From Malacoraja senta (lineage: Eukaryota), in assembly GCA_038087875.1 (NCBI GenBank), contig CM075992.1, positions 7,316,001-7,380,000 on the forward strand: DNA of 64,000 bases, read 5' to 3'. Below the pieces are notes generated by a model, which had not been told where the DNA came from, did not search any database, and worked only from the letters and a program-made list of their open reading frames with translations. The position numbers were made by a program, and so were the translations under genes. Below, in pieces: positions 1 through 13,235 of this stretch. The stretch's first letter is position 1; every line of letters begins with the position of its first letter.

Positions 1-1084
1 CGGTGGTGAGTGAGTGCGAGGGTGGAAACGGGTCAGACGGACCAGGAGTCATTGTACCGGGGGTAAAGTGAAAAATCTTTGTTGCGTGCTAACCAGTCAG
101 CGGAAGGATAATACATGATTACAATCGAGCCATGATTACATTCGGACCAAAGACGTAGATAGTAGTTTAGGGCTTGTCTCTAGTTGTGGTGGATGATTCA
201 GTTGCTTCTGTATCTGTGATGGGGTGTGTTCGGGGGGGTGGGTGGTTGCTAAACTTGCCCAGCTACTCATCCTTTCTTACCAACGATACCAATGGCCCTT
301 GAAGGGAAGATTACATGGGTGGGCTAATGATAGAACTCCTGTGGAATGGAATTGGTTGCAGCTGCTTCGGGCTGGATCGGAGCTACTGGGCTGGCCAGTA
401 CCGTGAGAGTGAAAGGCAACCGTGTCCCCGTTTGTGTGCCCAACATGAGGGGAGTTTAAAGAGTGGGTTTCAGCCTTGGGAAGAGACCCTCTCAGCTCTA
501 TTCACTCAGTGACCTCTTATTCAATAGCCACATACGAGGTCCTTTGAACGACATGCCCAATATTCACTACACTGCGCAATCTGATCGCAATCTAAGCTGC
601 GTCCATTCCAGAGATTCATTAACAAAAGCACAAAGCGGGCTGATCGCATGCCAGAACAATTTATGCCAGATAGATGGAGAACAATGAATGAAACATCATT
701 ATATCTCGGGTTATCAACACACTTGGTTAAACATCCCACAGATAAAACAATCCCCAACATAGATATTTTTGTAGTAGCCACTTCCTTCCAATTCGGTTAT
801 CTGCGCATGCCAGATCAATTTATGGTCAATCCACTTAGTCCAATCCACTCTGCCCGTGGCCAACCCGAAATCTCTCCAACTGCAACCAGTGGTTCTCGGG
901 GCCCTGCTATATTCTTGCAGGGTGATGTGAATCATCGCAAATCGATTCAAATATCCCAGATTCTCAAACCTAAAGAAGCCGTAGACTTCAGATGAACTAT
1001 GGAAGGAACCTGGAATGCCGGCGTCGGAACAGCTTTAATCGAGAAACAGGCTCCGAACGATCTAACCTGTTGTCCCTTTTTCAG

Positions 1085-1150
1085 TTATAGAGAACATTGT
1101 GCAGGCAATTGCCCAACTCTACAAGCTCAATACTGAGATTCCACGGCAGA
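1085..1150 (+). pseudogene. Gene 1 neck exon (66 nt, phase 1-1)
   Basis: tgtccctttttcag acceptor, gtaagt donor; xIENIVQAIAQLYKLNTEIPRQ, amphipathic helix; phase matches next exon. Confidence 0.72.
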
Positions 1151-1656
1151 GTAAGTATGGTAATCATTGAAATGAGAAGAGGTTTCACAAATCGGAGATG
1201 CAAAGTGACTTGGGAGTGTTTGTGCAGGATTCCCAAAAGATGAATTTGAACGTTAAGTCGGTGGTGAGGAAGGCAATTGCAATATTGGCATTAATTTCGA
1301 GGGGACTAGAACATAAAAGCAAGGATGTAATCCTAAGGCTTTAAGAGGCGAAGGTCAGGCCACATTTGGAATATTGTGAGGAGTTTTGAGCTCTGTACCT
1401 GAGGATGGATATGTTAGCAATGGAGAGAGTCCAGGGGCTCTGCATTTTAGGATAAGGGAGATCGCATTGAAAAGCCGAGATAGAGTGGATGTAGAAAGCA
1501 TAGCGAGTTTCATCATTCTTATTAGATCTTTCCGCAGTCTTCGCCTTGTCCCTATAACAGCAATGACTGAGGTTATTCGTTGCTACCCCATAGTCTGGGA
1601 TGACACCTTTGTTCTGGCATCAACCTCACCCATATTTCCCACACGTTCCGCAATGC

Positions 1657-1903
1657 TTAGTTTAGTTTTGAGATATAGCGCGGGAACAGTCCCTTCGGCC
1701 CACCGTCTCAGCACCGACCAGCACACTAACAATATCCCACGCACACCAGGGACCATGCCAATTTACTCGAAACCTGTACGTCTTTGGAATGTGGGAGGAA
1801 ACCGAAGATCTCGGTGAAAACCCACGCGGGTCATGGGGAGAACGTATAAACTCCGTACAGACAGCACCCGTAGTCACGATCGAACCGGGTCTCTGGCGCT
1901 GTA
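1657..1903 (-). mobile_element. HE1/V-SINE-like tRNA-derived SINE (5'-truncated)
   Basis: B-box GGTTCGAT, conserved ggtttcctcccaca core, (TAAAC)n tail. Confidence 0.85.
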
Positions 1904-2506
1904 TAAGGGCTGTCTCACTGTGCGAGTTGACCCACGAGTGACCCCGAGTTTAAAACAAATTTAACTCGTGGTAATCACGTACAATTAACGTAGCAGAAAC
2001 GTCTGAACTCGTGGACGCAACTTGACAACTCTTGGTGCTAACGGGAGGTACACGTGAAACTTGTTAACTCTTGCAAAAGTACAAACATGTTTGAACTTTT
2101 CCACGAGTAAAATGTACTCTTGTGGTTAAAAATTGAAACATTTAAACTCGTTGTAAGAACGTAGTGGCCCGTGCGTTTAACTTTGTGACTCGTGATTCTA
2201 CCGTGGGAACTCTTTTTAGAAACAATAATCAGGGACAGAAATATCAGTTACTTAGACTTTTTAAAGACAAATTCTGCTTAACAAAGTTAAGCAAGTTATT
2301 GATAAGGTGACAGAGTGGCTCCCTGCTTTCTATTATTTAAAACGTTGATCTAAACTGGCCCAGGTTTTGTCCGGATGATTGTCTCGATAATTGAAACTGG
2401 AAGAGTAGTGAAGTTTTTTTTACCCTCGTCTCGATCATTCATATATGGCCGGGAATATTCCCGTCTGAAGCGGACTCCTCTGACATTTACCTCAATATCT
2501 TCACAG

Positions 2507-2652
2507 GTGTGCATTCTTGTCCCGAGGAATGGACCAAGTTCAAACAAAGCTGTTATGACTTTTCCTTAACCTCGGACACCTGGGTGGAGGCCCAAAGATC
2601 CTGTGCATCAGCCGACGCCCACCTTGTTGTCATTAATAATGCTGAAGAACAG
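2507..2652 (+). pseudogene. Gene 1 CTLD exon 1 (146 nt)
   Basis: SVHSCPEEWTKFKQSCYDFSLTSDTWVEAQRSCASADAHLVVINNAEEQ; ttcacag / gtagga. Confidence 0.95.
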
Positions 2653-2916
2653 GTAGGAGTTTTTCTGTGGTAACACCTGCAGACCACGTTCCCTGCTAAG
2701 TGATACTTTCGATCCATTACGAAAGCGCGTTGCTATTCCTACAAGAAATTAAAGTAATGTTTGACCCGGACAGATTGCGTTTACACGCGGGATAGTCTGA
2801 GCGCAATCACACACCACTTGTGGTTTCATGGAAATATCACCTGTTTCTTTGTATCGCATGTAATAGCGGTAGACATCTTGATCTGGATCTGGGTGTAATA
2901 CGCTGAAAAGCTCTAG

Positions 2917-3331
2917 GTGGAGCATCACTCAGCACTATGATGGTGATGGAAGTGTTAGTCGAGATGGAGATGCTTTTGGAGATGCATCTTTGTATGTGTT
3001 GATGTTTTGGAGATCTCTGATGCTGGCTGATAGGTTATTCCAATCTTGCTGTCTTGAAGACAAATGAGTTAGAAAGTGCTAATGATGTGTTGTGCGGAAT
3101 GAAGTAATTTCCAGGTTGGTAGCTTCTGGTTGACATGCCTATGGGTGCTTGGATTAACTGGATGTGATACTCCATCTTTAAATCAATGGTGGTATTCTTG
3201 ATCTTGTGGAATGTTGTCAGTCTGATGAACTTGCGACGAGTAGTAGGTGGATGAAGTTTAAGGCCCTTTATCATGCTGGAGACTGAGCTCTGCCACTTGT
3301 AGTTATTAAATATGAAACTTGCTGCTCTGTT
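2917..3331 (-). mobile_element. Non-LTR retrotransposon 3' fragment (CR1 group, different family); second copy at ~17714-18131 (+)
   Basis: RAARFI.NNY....SVSSM...L.L.....RR...RL..FHKI and SNSF.F.T.RDWN.LP motifs of ORF2 C-terminus. Confidence 0.75.
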
Positions 3332-3334
3332 ACA

Positions 3335-5785
3335 TAGAAACATAGAAACGTAGAAAATAGGTGCAGGGGGAGGCCATTCGGCCCTTCAAGCCAGCACCGC
3401 CATTCATTATGATCATGGCTGATCGTCCCCTATCAATAACCCGTGCCTGCCTTCTCACCATATCCCTTGACTCCACTTGCCCCCAGAGCTCTATCTAACT
3501 CTCTCTTAAATCCATCCAGTGATTTGGCCTCCACTGCCCTCTGTGGCAGGGAATTCCATAAAATCACAACTCTCTGGGTGAAAAAAAAAGTTCTCACCTC
3601 AGTCTTAAATGACCTCCCCTTTATTCTAAGACTGTGGCCCCTGGTTCTGGACTCGCCCAACATTGGGAACATTTTTCCTGCATCTAGCCTGTCCAGTCCT
3701 TATAAAATTTTATATGTTTCTATAAGATCCCCCCTCATCCTTCTAAACTCCAGTGAATACAAGCCTAGTCTTTCCAATCTTTCCTCATATGACAGCCCCG
3801 CCATCCCAGGGATCCTCGTGAACCTACGCTGCACTGCCTCAATTACAAGGATGTCCTTCCTCAAATTTGGAGACCGAAACTGTACACAATACTCCAGATG
3901 TGGTCTCACCAGAGCCCTATACAACTGCAGAAGAACCTCCTTACTCCGATACTGAAATCCTCTTGTTATGAAGGCCAACATTCCATTAGCTTTCTTCACT
4001 GCCTGCTGTACTTGTAAGCCAACTTTCAGTGACCGGTGTACAAGTACGCCCAGTCTCGCTGCACCTCCCCATTATCTAACCTAACCCCATTGAGATAATA
4101 ATCTGCCCCTTTGTTTTTGCCGCCAAAGTGGATAACCTCACAATTATCTATATTATACGGCATCTGCCACGCATCTGCCCACTCGCTCAACCTGTCCAGG
4201 ACACCCTGCAACCGCCTAACATCCTCTTGGCAGCTCACACTTCCACCCAGCTTTGTGTCATCTGCAAACTTGCTAGTGTTGCTCCTAATTCCCTCTTCCA
4301 AATCATTAATATATATGGTAAACAGTTGCGGCCTCAACACCGAGCCTTGCGGCACTCCACTCGCCACTGCCTGCCATTCTGAAAAGGACCCGTTCACTCC
4401 TATACTTTGCTTCCGGTCTGCCAACCAATTTTCCATCCATGTCAACACCCTACCCCCAATACCATGTGCTCTGATTTTAGTCACCAGTCTCCCGTGCGGG
4501 ACCTCATCAAAGGCTTTCTGAAAGTTTAAATACACCACTTCCACTGGCACCCCTTCATCCATTTTACTTGTCACATCCTCAAAAAATTCCAGAAGATTAG
4601 TCAAGCATGATTTCCCTTTCATAAATCAATGTTGACTTGGACTAATCATTTTACTGCTATCCAAATGCCCCATTATTACCTCTTTAATAATTGACTCCAG
4701 CATCTTTCCCACCACCGAAGTCAGGCTAACTGGTCTGTAATTCCCCGTTTTCTCTCTCGCCCCTTTCCTGAAAAGTGGGATAACATTAGCTATCCTCCAA
4801 TCCACAGGAACTGATCCTGAATCTATTGAACATTGGAAAATGATCACTATTTCTAGAGCCACCTCCCTGAGGACCCAGGGATGCAGACCATCAGGCCCAG
4901 GGGATTTATCATCCTTCAGTCCCATTAGCCTACCCAATACTATTTCTCGCCTAATGAAAATTTATTTCAGTTCCTCTACCCCCTTAGATCCTCTGTCCTC
5001 CAGTACATCTGGGAGATTGTTTATGTCTTCCTTAGTGAAGACAGATCCGAAGTACCTATTCAACTCTCCTGCCATTTCCTTGTTGCCCATAATAATTTCA
5101 CCCGTGTCTGCCTTGAAGGGACCCACATTTGACTTTGCTACTCCTTTTCCCTTAACATATCTAAAGAAGCTTTTACTGTCCTTCTTTATATTCCTGGCCA
5201 ATTTCCCTTCATACTTCATCTTTTCAGCACGTATTGCCCGTTTTGTTTCCTTCTGTTGTCATATGAAAGTTTCCCAATACTCTGCCTCCGGCTACTCTTT
5301 GCTGTGTTATATATATTTTCTTTTAGTTTTATTCTATCCGTAACTACTTTTGTCAGCCACGGTTGCCTCCTACTCCCCTTAGAATCTCTCTTCCTTTTTG
5401 GAATGAAATGATCCCGCGTCTTCCGGATTATGCCCAGAAATTCCTGCCATTGCCGTTCCACCGTCATTCCTGCTAGGGTTCCTTTCCAGTCTACTTTGGC
5501 CAGCTCCCCTCTCATGCCTTCATAGTCCCCTTTGTTCAACTGCATCACTGCCGCTTCCGATTTAACGTTCTCCTTCTCAAATTGCAGATTAAAACTAATC
5601 ATATTATGATCACTACCTCCAAGCGGTTCCTTTACCTCGAGTTCTATTTATCATATCTGGTTCATTGGACAACACTAAATCCAGAATTGCCTTTTCTCTG
5701 GTCGGCTCCATTACAAGCTGCTCCAAGAATCCATCTCGGAGGCATTCTACAAACTCTCTTTATTGGGGTCCTGAACCTTTACCTT
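3335..5785 (-). mobile_element. CR1/HER1-like LINE, 5'-truncated, frameshifted ORF2 (reverse transcriptase)
   Basis: ORF pieces with [49 protein letters not shown]; (TTTCTATG)n-type 3' tail at 3333-3356. Confidence 0.95.
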
Positions 5786-6164
5786 TGTTACACGGTTTTG
5801 CTGGTATTCACAGGACCAGGCTGAGCAACAAGGCACAGGAGGTAGTGGGGGTTGGTGTGGGAGGGTATTGTTGTGTGTGTGGTTCTTAGAGGCCGTTTGT
5901 GGGCCGTGTTCTACGAGTTAACCTCTAAATGCAGAAAGAGCTTTCCGCACACGAGCACCGCCATAAAAGACCTCGTGAAAGTCCTGCCTGATATTTAGGG
6001 CATCAGCTTTGTAACCAGGACATGTAAACATGGAAAATGCAAAACACATATCCCTCTCACCCTATATAGGATAAATATTACACGGGGTTGTACATACAAG
6101 TCATACAGTACTGTCATCAGCTATTGTTTCCACATGTACTGACATCCTGTCGTTTACATGACAG

Positions 6165-6274
6165 AGCTTTTTGAACTGACAAATTAATGTCCGTCGGTGG
6201 ATTGGCCTGAGTGATTCGGCCTCTAAAGGTGACTGGCGCTGGGTAGATGGAACCGATTATAATTCCACTGTAAA
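6165..6274 (+). pseudogene. Gene 1 CTLD exon 2 (110 nt) with premature stop
   Basis: SFLN*QINVRRWIGLSDSASKGDWRWVDGTDYNSTVK; WIGL motif; TGA 6177-6179; donor gtgagt. Confidence 0.93.
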
Positions 6275-7271
6275 GTGAGTTGCTTTCCGGTCGCACGTTC
6301 TGTTCAGTATCTGTCGTGTTGAATGTTGAAGAGAAAACACAATACTGTGTCAAAACCGTATAATCCACCTGGTGGCCTACAACCCAATGGCATGAACAAT
6401 GAATTTCTAATTTCGGGTGACCCTTAGGATTGCGAAGGAAAATCTCTCTTGTTGCAAAATCCTCCATTAGAATTGGACCCTAATTGACAATGCCTCTTCT
6501 TGTCCTTCTTAGAAAAATGTAACACTTCACCTTTCACTGTCTAGACTTTCAGATGAGGCACCGATCCACCCATGTCATGCATGTATCTCCTTAAAATTCA
6601 TTCGCCTCATCCTGTTGTGCTGATCTTTAGTAAGAGGATGGTGAATCTAGCGCATTGTTTGCCACAGAAGGCCGTGGAGGCCAAGTCAATGGACATTTTT
6701 AGGGCACAGATTGATAGATTCATGATCAGTACAGGTCAGAGGTCAACGGGAGAAGACAGGAGTATGGGTTTAGGAGGAGAGATAGATCAGCCATGATTGG
6801 ATGCCAGAGGAGACTTGATGGGCCAAATGGCCAAATTCTACTCATATTCCTAATGACCCCGTGATCAAAGGCAGTGACGGACAATCTACCAATTTCCGGG
6901 GGCTAATCCATCCACAATAATTCTCAGGGAGCACGACTCCACACAGGATAAAATAGACGTCTTTGGAGGCAGTTCATGACTATTCATCATCGTTAATTCC
7001 CCACCAGTTATGCACTGTGGCACCACCCACACAACAAACCACATTGACCTCCCAGGCGTATGACAATAGCTACACCCAAAGCCTTGTCGTCTTTCGCCAG
7101 AATATGGATAGAAAGAGGAAAGGGTCGCCACTAATTCCCTTATTCCCTTATCACGTATCTACACACTACAAATGGCTCGATTGTAATAATGTATTCTCAT
7201 TCTGCTGACTGCAAAGCACGCAGCAAAAGCTTTTCACTGTACCTCGGTACACGTGACAATAAACTAAATTG

Positions 7272-8090
7272 AGTGCAGTATAATGTGGATAAATGTGAGG
7301 TTATCCACTTTGGTGGCAAAAACGGGAAGGCAGACTATTATCTAAATGGTGGCCGATTAGGAAATGGGGAGGTGCAGCGAGACCTGGGTGTCATGGTACA
7401 CCAGTCATTGAAAGTAGGCATGCAGGTGCAGCAGGCAGTGAAGAAAGCGAATGGTATGTTGGCCTTCATAGCAAGAGGATTTGAGTATAGGAGCAGGGAG
7501 GTTCTACTGCAGTTGTGCAGGGTCTTGGTGAGACCACACCTGGAGTATTGCGTACAGTTTTGGTCTCCAAATCTGAGGAAGGACATTATAACCATAGAGG
7601 GAGTGCAGAGAAGGTTCACCAGACTGATTCCTGGGATGTCAGGACTTTCATATGAAGAAAGACTGGATAGAGTTGGCTTATACTCGCTAGAATTTAGGAG
7701 ATTGAGAGGGGATCTTATAGAAACGTACAAAATTCTTATGGGGTTGGACAGGCTAGATGCAGGAAGATTGTTCCCGATGTTGGGGAAGTCCAGGACAAGG
7801 GGTCACAGCTTAAGGATAAGGGGGAAATCCTTTAAGACCGAGATGAGGAAAAACTTTTTCACACAGAGAGTGGTGAATCTCTGGAACTCTCTGCCACAGA
7901 GGGTAGTTGACGCCAGTTCATTGGCTATATTTAAGAGGGAGTTAGATGTGGCCCTTGTGGCTAAAGGGATCAGGGGGTATGGAGAGAAGGCAGGTACGGG
8001 ATACTGAGTTGGATGATCAGCCATGATCATATTGAATGGCGGTGCAGGCTCGAAGGGCCGAATGGCCTACTCCTGCACCTATTTTCTATG
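7272..8090 (+). mobile_element. CR1/HER1-like LINE 3' fragment, young (uninterrupted 244-codon ORF2 C-terminus plus 3' UTR)
   Basis: ORF 7273-8007; ends cctgcacctattttctatg. Confidence 0.95.
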
Positions 8091-8357
8091 AAACTGAAAC
8101 CGAAACAACAGGTTTGAGATCAACACGCACTCCATCCTGTCTTGGAAATTCAATGCTGTTTCTTTATGGTCATTGAATCGAAATGCTGAAACGGAAAACG
8201 AAACACCTTTGTGGGAATACCTTCAGCAGACGGAATTCATAATAGCATCTAAACATTTGATGAGAAATGCAGGTCATGCTAGCGGCACCACAGGCTGTTA
8301 AGATTCAAGTAGGAATCCTTGTAATATTTATATTTTCCATGTTCTATTATATTATAG

Positions 8358-8508
8358 GTTTTGGAATAAAGGAGAACCCAATAATGATCACGGTGCGGAA
8401 ATCTGTGGGGAAATGAATGTTGATGTTGATGGCTGTCGGAATGGATGTTGAAATGATCAACCGTGTGACAATAATCAGAAGTGGATCTGTGAGAAACCAG
8501 CACAGTGA
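8358..8508 (+). pseudogene. Gene 1 CTLD exon 3 with premature stop in the WND motif
   Basis: FWNKGEPNNDHGAEICGEMNVDVDGCRNGC*NDQPCDNNQKWICEKPAQ*; EPN motif; TGA 8449-8451 replaces the Trp of WND. Confidence 0.93.
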
Positions 8509-11001
8509 TGTTCTCCTTAAATTCGAAGTTCGTGCAAGATGTGCAATGAACCGGCTTGCCAATGTTGAACATGTCGCCGGAATGTGATAGCAGTGTAGGA
8601 GGCCATTCGAATTACGTGGTCTTTGCTGACATTTTGCAAAATGCTTTAGAACCTTTTCGCACCTTTTCTCCAGTAGCGCTACCCAATATTTGCCATCGTG
8701 TTCTGAGCAGATGCCATTTCCAAATCCTTTAGTTGTCTGTTTCAGCCATTCCCGCAGCAGAATTTTCGATCAACACCTCTAGCAGTGAAAAGAGGTCTTT
8801 CTCCACCCCTCCACCCCCCCCCCCCCACACACACACACACGCACACCCTTATCAACCCCAAATCCTATGTGTATCACTTTGAATTAATCACTACCTCAGC
8901 TTAATCAAATCCACCAGAACCCCATGTATCTCATGGAATGCTCTACTCTGTGACCCCCCAAACTACTCTTCAGTATATATTCAGAGTTCGAAAGTCTCAG
9001 CCCCGGAGGCAGTCTAATTCACTACCATCCCACTCTGGGCCGTCCGACAAGATGGTTGATTACAGTCCCCTTGGACCTCCAGTGCAACTACTCACAGGCT
9101 ATGCCTCGTCCTTTAAAAATGCTCGAACGATTTTGGCTCTGCAAACATAACAACTATAAACATGCCTTGTTTCGCAACTGCAACTGAACCGCTGTAGGTT
9201 AAGCTGACTTATTTCCCATTCCATGGCATGGAATGGATTTGAAAACATTATTCCTATAATACTTCCACAGGAACTTCATCTCTTTAGACAGTCCTCTCTA
9301 CCTAACCTCGTCTTTCTCCTCCCCCACACACACTTCCCAATTCCTCCCCGTCTCAGGGGCAATTTAAAAAACTGTTTTGTAACTATAGGATTGTTCTCTA
9401 GATCTGAAAGTTTTTTCTCTTTATTTTGCTTTATTGAAGCTGATTCCTAAACAATAATTTGTTAGAGCTGGTTGTGGGGCTCCCGTTGTGTATTTGTCTG
9501 CAGTCGGTGAATTCGGAAGAATATAGTGAGATATTTGCGCCTAATGTTAATTTACATTACACTAGCAGCTTGTCCTAAAACACGAGGTATTGCAGATTCT
9601 GGGATCTTCAATAAACACTTCATTAATTCAGCGGGTCAGACAGCGTCTGTGTGTGTGTGTGTGTGTTTGTGTGTGTGTGGGTGTGGGGTGTGGATGGGTA
9701 GGCGGCGTTTCGCGCCTAACTCGGGTATTCGAGGTGAATGAGTACACACAGGTCGTTGATGGAATGGGAAGGACAATGGAATGTCATCCAACACGGAGCT
9801 CGGCATCACTATATTGCCGACAGAGAGTAACTGCTCTGCATATCGGATCTGTCTGGCCTACATTTGGTCTCACTGATACAGCGGAGGCCACACCGGGAGC
9901 ACCGAATATAGTATTCGAGGTTGGAGATGGTGCTCGTGAATCTTTGCTTCACCTGGAAAGGCAGTTATTACCCCAGATGGCGAGGAAGAATCATTGTCGA
10001 AACAGGTATTGCACCTCCAGCACTGATAATGTGAAGTGTGAGGGGCGGAGGAGTGGGTGAAGAGGGATCAGAGGGGTCGTGACGCCACGGACGGAATGGT
10101 CCCTGACGGAAGCGGAAATGTAGGGGGTTGGGAAGATGATGCTGGAGGTGGAATGTCATTGTAACTGGCAAATATGGTGAAGATGCAGGATCATGGCCCT
10201 TCCCTCTATTCATATCCACACCTCCCAGAACAGCAGGAATCCCTCGAGAATACATCGCTCTTCCCGTTAGGTTTCATGACAGACTAAATGAAACATTTAC
10301 TGCTATAATGACATCAAACCTCAAGCACGTAGTACCCAGAGCCTGGGTTTAGTAATGGGGAAGGAGTAAAACTACTGTTCCCCGCCATAATTTAATAACA
10401 TCATTCTTATATTGCCAGGTGAATAAATGGAGGCGATAGGTCTCCTGATTAAATTAAACTTACTTTCTATCCGCCATGACATCTCAGTCTGAAATTCCGC
10501 TGATTTACTCAAAGTTGTCCGTAAAGAGGAGCAACGAGATGCCGGGTGGATTAGTTGAGGCAGGTAAAATAACAATATTTAAAAGACATTTGAAGGAGGG
10601 GAGTGGATAAGGAAGGTTTTGAGGAATATTGGCCAGATTGCAGTTTGAGCTTGGATAGAGCACCATGATCGACATGAGTTGTGTTTGTCTGCTCCATGAC
10701 TCCACGTCTTTGTGACTTTAGCTCCTGTCTGCTTCCCAACGATCCGATTATGGTAATCCATCCAGATTTGCTATGATGCTCCTCTGACTGACTGAAATAG
10801 CATTGGCGAACAGGCCGATAGATTATCAACAAGATTGACGCCCACACATAACCAGCTCCAAAACAAGAGAACGTCATCAACTCCCCTGGATATTACATTC
10901 CTCCACCATCGCCAAGTCCCCCGTCGCCAACAATCTGATGTTACCTTTTACTACAAACACAACTAGGCCAGCGAAATAAATACCGTGGCTATAAGGACAA
11001 A

Positions 11002-11306
11002 GGGGTGGCACAGTGGTGCAGCGGAGGAGCTAGAGACCCGGGTTCGATCCAGACTACGGATGCTGTCTGTGCGGAGTCTGTACGTGCTCCCAGTCCCCAG
11101 CGTGGGTTTTCTCCGGGTTTTCCGGTTTCATCCCACACTCCAAGGACGTAGTTTGTAGGTTAATCGGATTCGGTAAAATTCGGTAAATTGTCCCCAGTGT
11201 GTGTAGGATATTGTAAGTGTGCGGGGATGGCTGGTGGGCGTGGACACGGTGGGCCGAAGGCGCTGCTTTCACGCTGTATCTCTAAACTAAACTAAACTAA
11301 ACTAAA
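11002..11306 (+). mobile_element. HE1/V-SINE-like SINE
   Basis: tRNA head gtggtgcagcgg...ggttcgatcc; core; (AAACT)n tail. Confidence 0.9.
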
Positions 11307-12269
11307 ACAGAGCCTGTGATGGCAACACATTCCACAATACCATATGGAAGCATAAGGTAGACAAAATTGCTGGAGAAACTCAGCGGGTGGGGCAACATGT
11401 AAGCATGTTCACTTCAAGGAATGCAGCGATTAAAGAAAGCTTATCATTACATCCTCAAGTGCAATTCTAGAATACTGAGTGTGCAGATACATGATAAGGG
11501 AATAACGTTTAGTGCAAAGTGGCATATGCAGAGGATAGACAGAAAGTGCTGAAGTAACTCCGCGGGTCGGGCAGCATCTTTGGAGAAAAAGGATAGGTGA
11601 CGTTTCGGGTCGGGACCCTTCAGACAGACGTTTCGAGTCGGGATCTTTCTTCGGTCTGAAGAATGGTCCCGCCCCGCAACGTTACCCATACGTTTTCACT
11701 AGAGATGCTGTCTGACCCGCTGAGTTACCCCAGCACGTTGTGTCTATCCACAATATCCTTCTGCGTTAAGTTGCCCTGCGCTTTCCGAACCTACTGAGCA
11801 AAGCTGGTGTGTGACTGTGCTGCTTGGGAGATGCGACATCAACTTTCCAGAGCTTCTGTCCTACCTATGGACTGCTACGACCAGGTGCCCCACGCAATAT
11901 AGCGCACACGCCTCGCCCACCAAAGATTACTCGGTCTTGACCCGAAACATCACCGTTTCCTTCTCCCCAGAGATGCTGCCTGTTCCGCTGATTTACTCCA
12001 GCTTTTTGTGTCTATCTTCGGTGTAAAGCGGCACCTGCAGTTCCTTTCAACATATTTCTGCATGTGGGCTTTTGCAATGCTGTGTTAGGAGAATGAAGCA
12101 AATCGGAACCTGAGTAGTGGGCTTTAAGGTGGATGCAGCGGGGAGAGGAAGGGAGGGAGAGCGCGGCCGACGCAGTCAAATGGCCAAACTTGGCTAATAT
12201 TTGCGCATCTAAGGATTACTGGACTCAGATGAATCCTATAATGGGGTTCACACATGTTATGGAAGCACT

Positions 12270-12670
12270 GCCATCACTCGCTGGAGTTTAGAAGAATGAA
12301 GGGGGACCTCTTTGAAACCCAGAATAGTGAAAGGCTTGGATAGAGTGGACGTGGAGAGGATGTTTCCACTAGTGGAAGAGACCAGGACTAGAGATCAGAG
12401 CCTCAGGATTAAAGAAAGTTCTTTTAGGAAGGAGATGAGGAGAATTTCCGTTCGTTAGAGGGTGGTGAATCTGTGCAATTCTTTGCCACAGAAGGCAAGT
12501 CAGTGGATATGTTTAAGGCAGAAAGATTGATTCTTGATTGGTGCAGGTGTCAGAGGTTATGGGGAGAAGGGATGAGAATGGGGTTAGGGGGAGAGATAGA
12601 TCAGCCATGATTGAATGACGGAGTAGACGATCGGCCGATTGGCTAATTCTACTCCTATCACTTATGACCT
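12270..12670 (+). mobile_element. CR1-like LINE 3' fragment (degenerate)
   Basis: ctcgctggagtttagaagaatg...gatagatcagccatgattgaatg, similar to 7680-8090. Confidence 0.85.
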
Positions 12671-13144
12671 CATGATGTGGCGGAGCTACGTGATAGAGAG
12701 TGGAAGAGAAAGCGAGAGTGTGGAGAATAATGGTAGAATGAGAGATTTTGAGCGTGTATGTGAAAGGACACAGCTCTAAATTTAGCACATGCCTGAGTAC
12801 ATTAATGGAGTGGTCAACATGTCCCAGCAACACTATCCCACCTGCCCGCGATTGGCTCATCTCCCCCTAATCCTATCGTATCCATGCACCTGTCTAACTG
12901 TTTCCCAATGTTTGAAGCATTGCTACCGCGTCCGAAGAGGATCGCCCCGCGCAATAAAGTCTCAGCTTATTACACCGATGACTCTCACAGTTCTGGTGTC
13001 TGAGATCTCGACTCCCCGGCAACCCACCTTCGGGGAGAATCAGCTGGGTATCGGTAACACTGGAGGTTCAACACTAGGAACCAGAAGTGACATCGCTCCC
13101 ACTGCCTGTCACAGTGTTGAGGGAGACACGGTTTGTGTAAGAAC

Positions 13145-13235
13145 ATGGAGTTTAATGAGGATTATCAAAATATCGATTCGCTTAATCCCAAGACAACAAG
13201 AAAAGGCAAAAGAAACCCAGAAGAGCTGAAACCAG
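13145..13235 (+). CDS. C-type lectin gene 2, cytoplasmic-tail exon (91 nt coding)
   Basis: AACATGG Kozak context; MEFNEDYQNIDSLNPKTTRKGKRNPEELKP; donor CCAG|gtaaac; same coding length and ME...P ends as gene 3 first coding exon. Confidence 0.8.

Larger units (their letters stand above)
1085..8508 (+). pseudogene. C-type lectin gene 1 (CD209/CLEC4-like, EPN type), 3' part; probable pseudogene
   Basis: Four GT-AG exons with compatible phases: 1085-1150, 2507-2652, 6165-6274, 8358-8508. In-frame TGA at 6177-6179 and 8449-8451. 5' exons are not seen and presumably lie before the window. Confidence 0.88.

Noticed and set aside
224-995. Short ORFs at the window start as upstream exons of gene 1
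   Set aside because: No convincing splice-bounded TM or neck-like exon and no recognisable protein motif.
6177-8451. Two in-frame TGA codons as selenocysteine or readthrough
   Set aside because: One replaces the conserved Trp of WND and neither aligns with a conserved Cys; no SECIS was recognised. Nonsense mutation is simpler.
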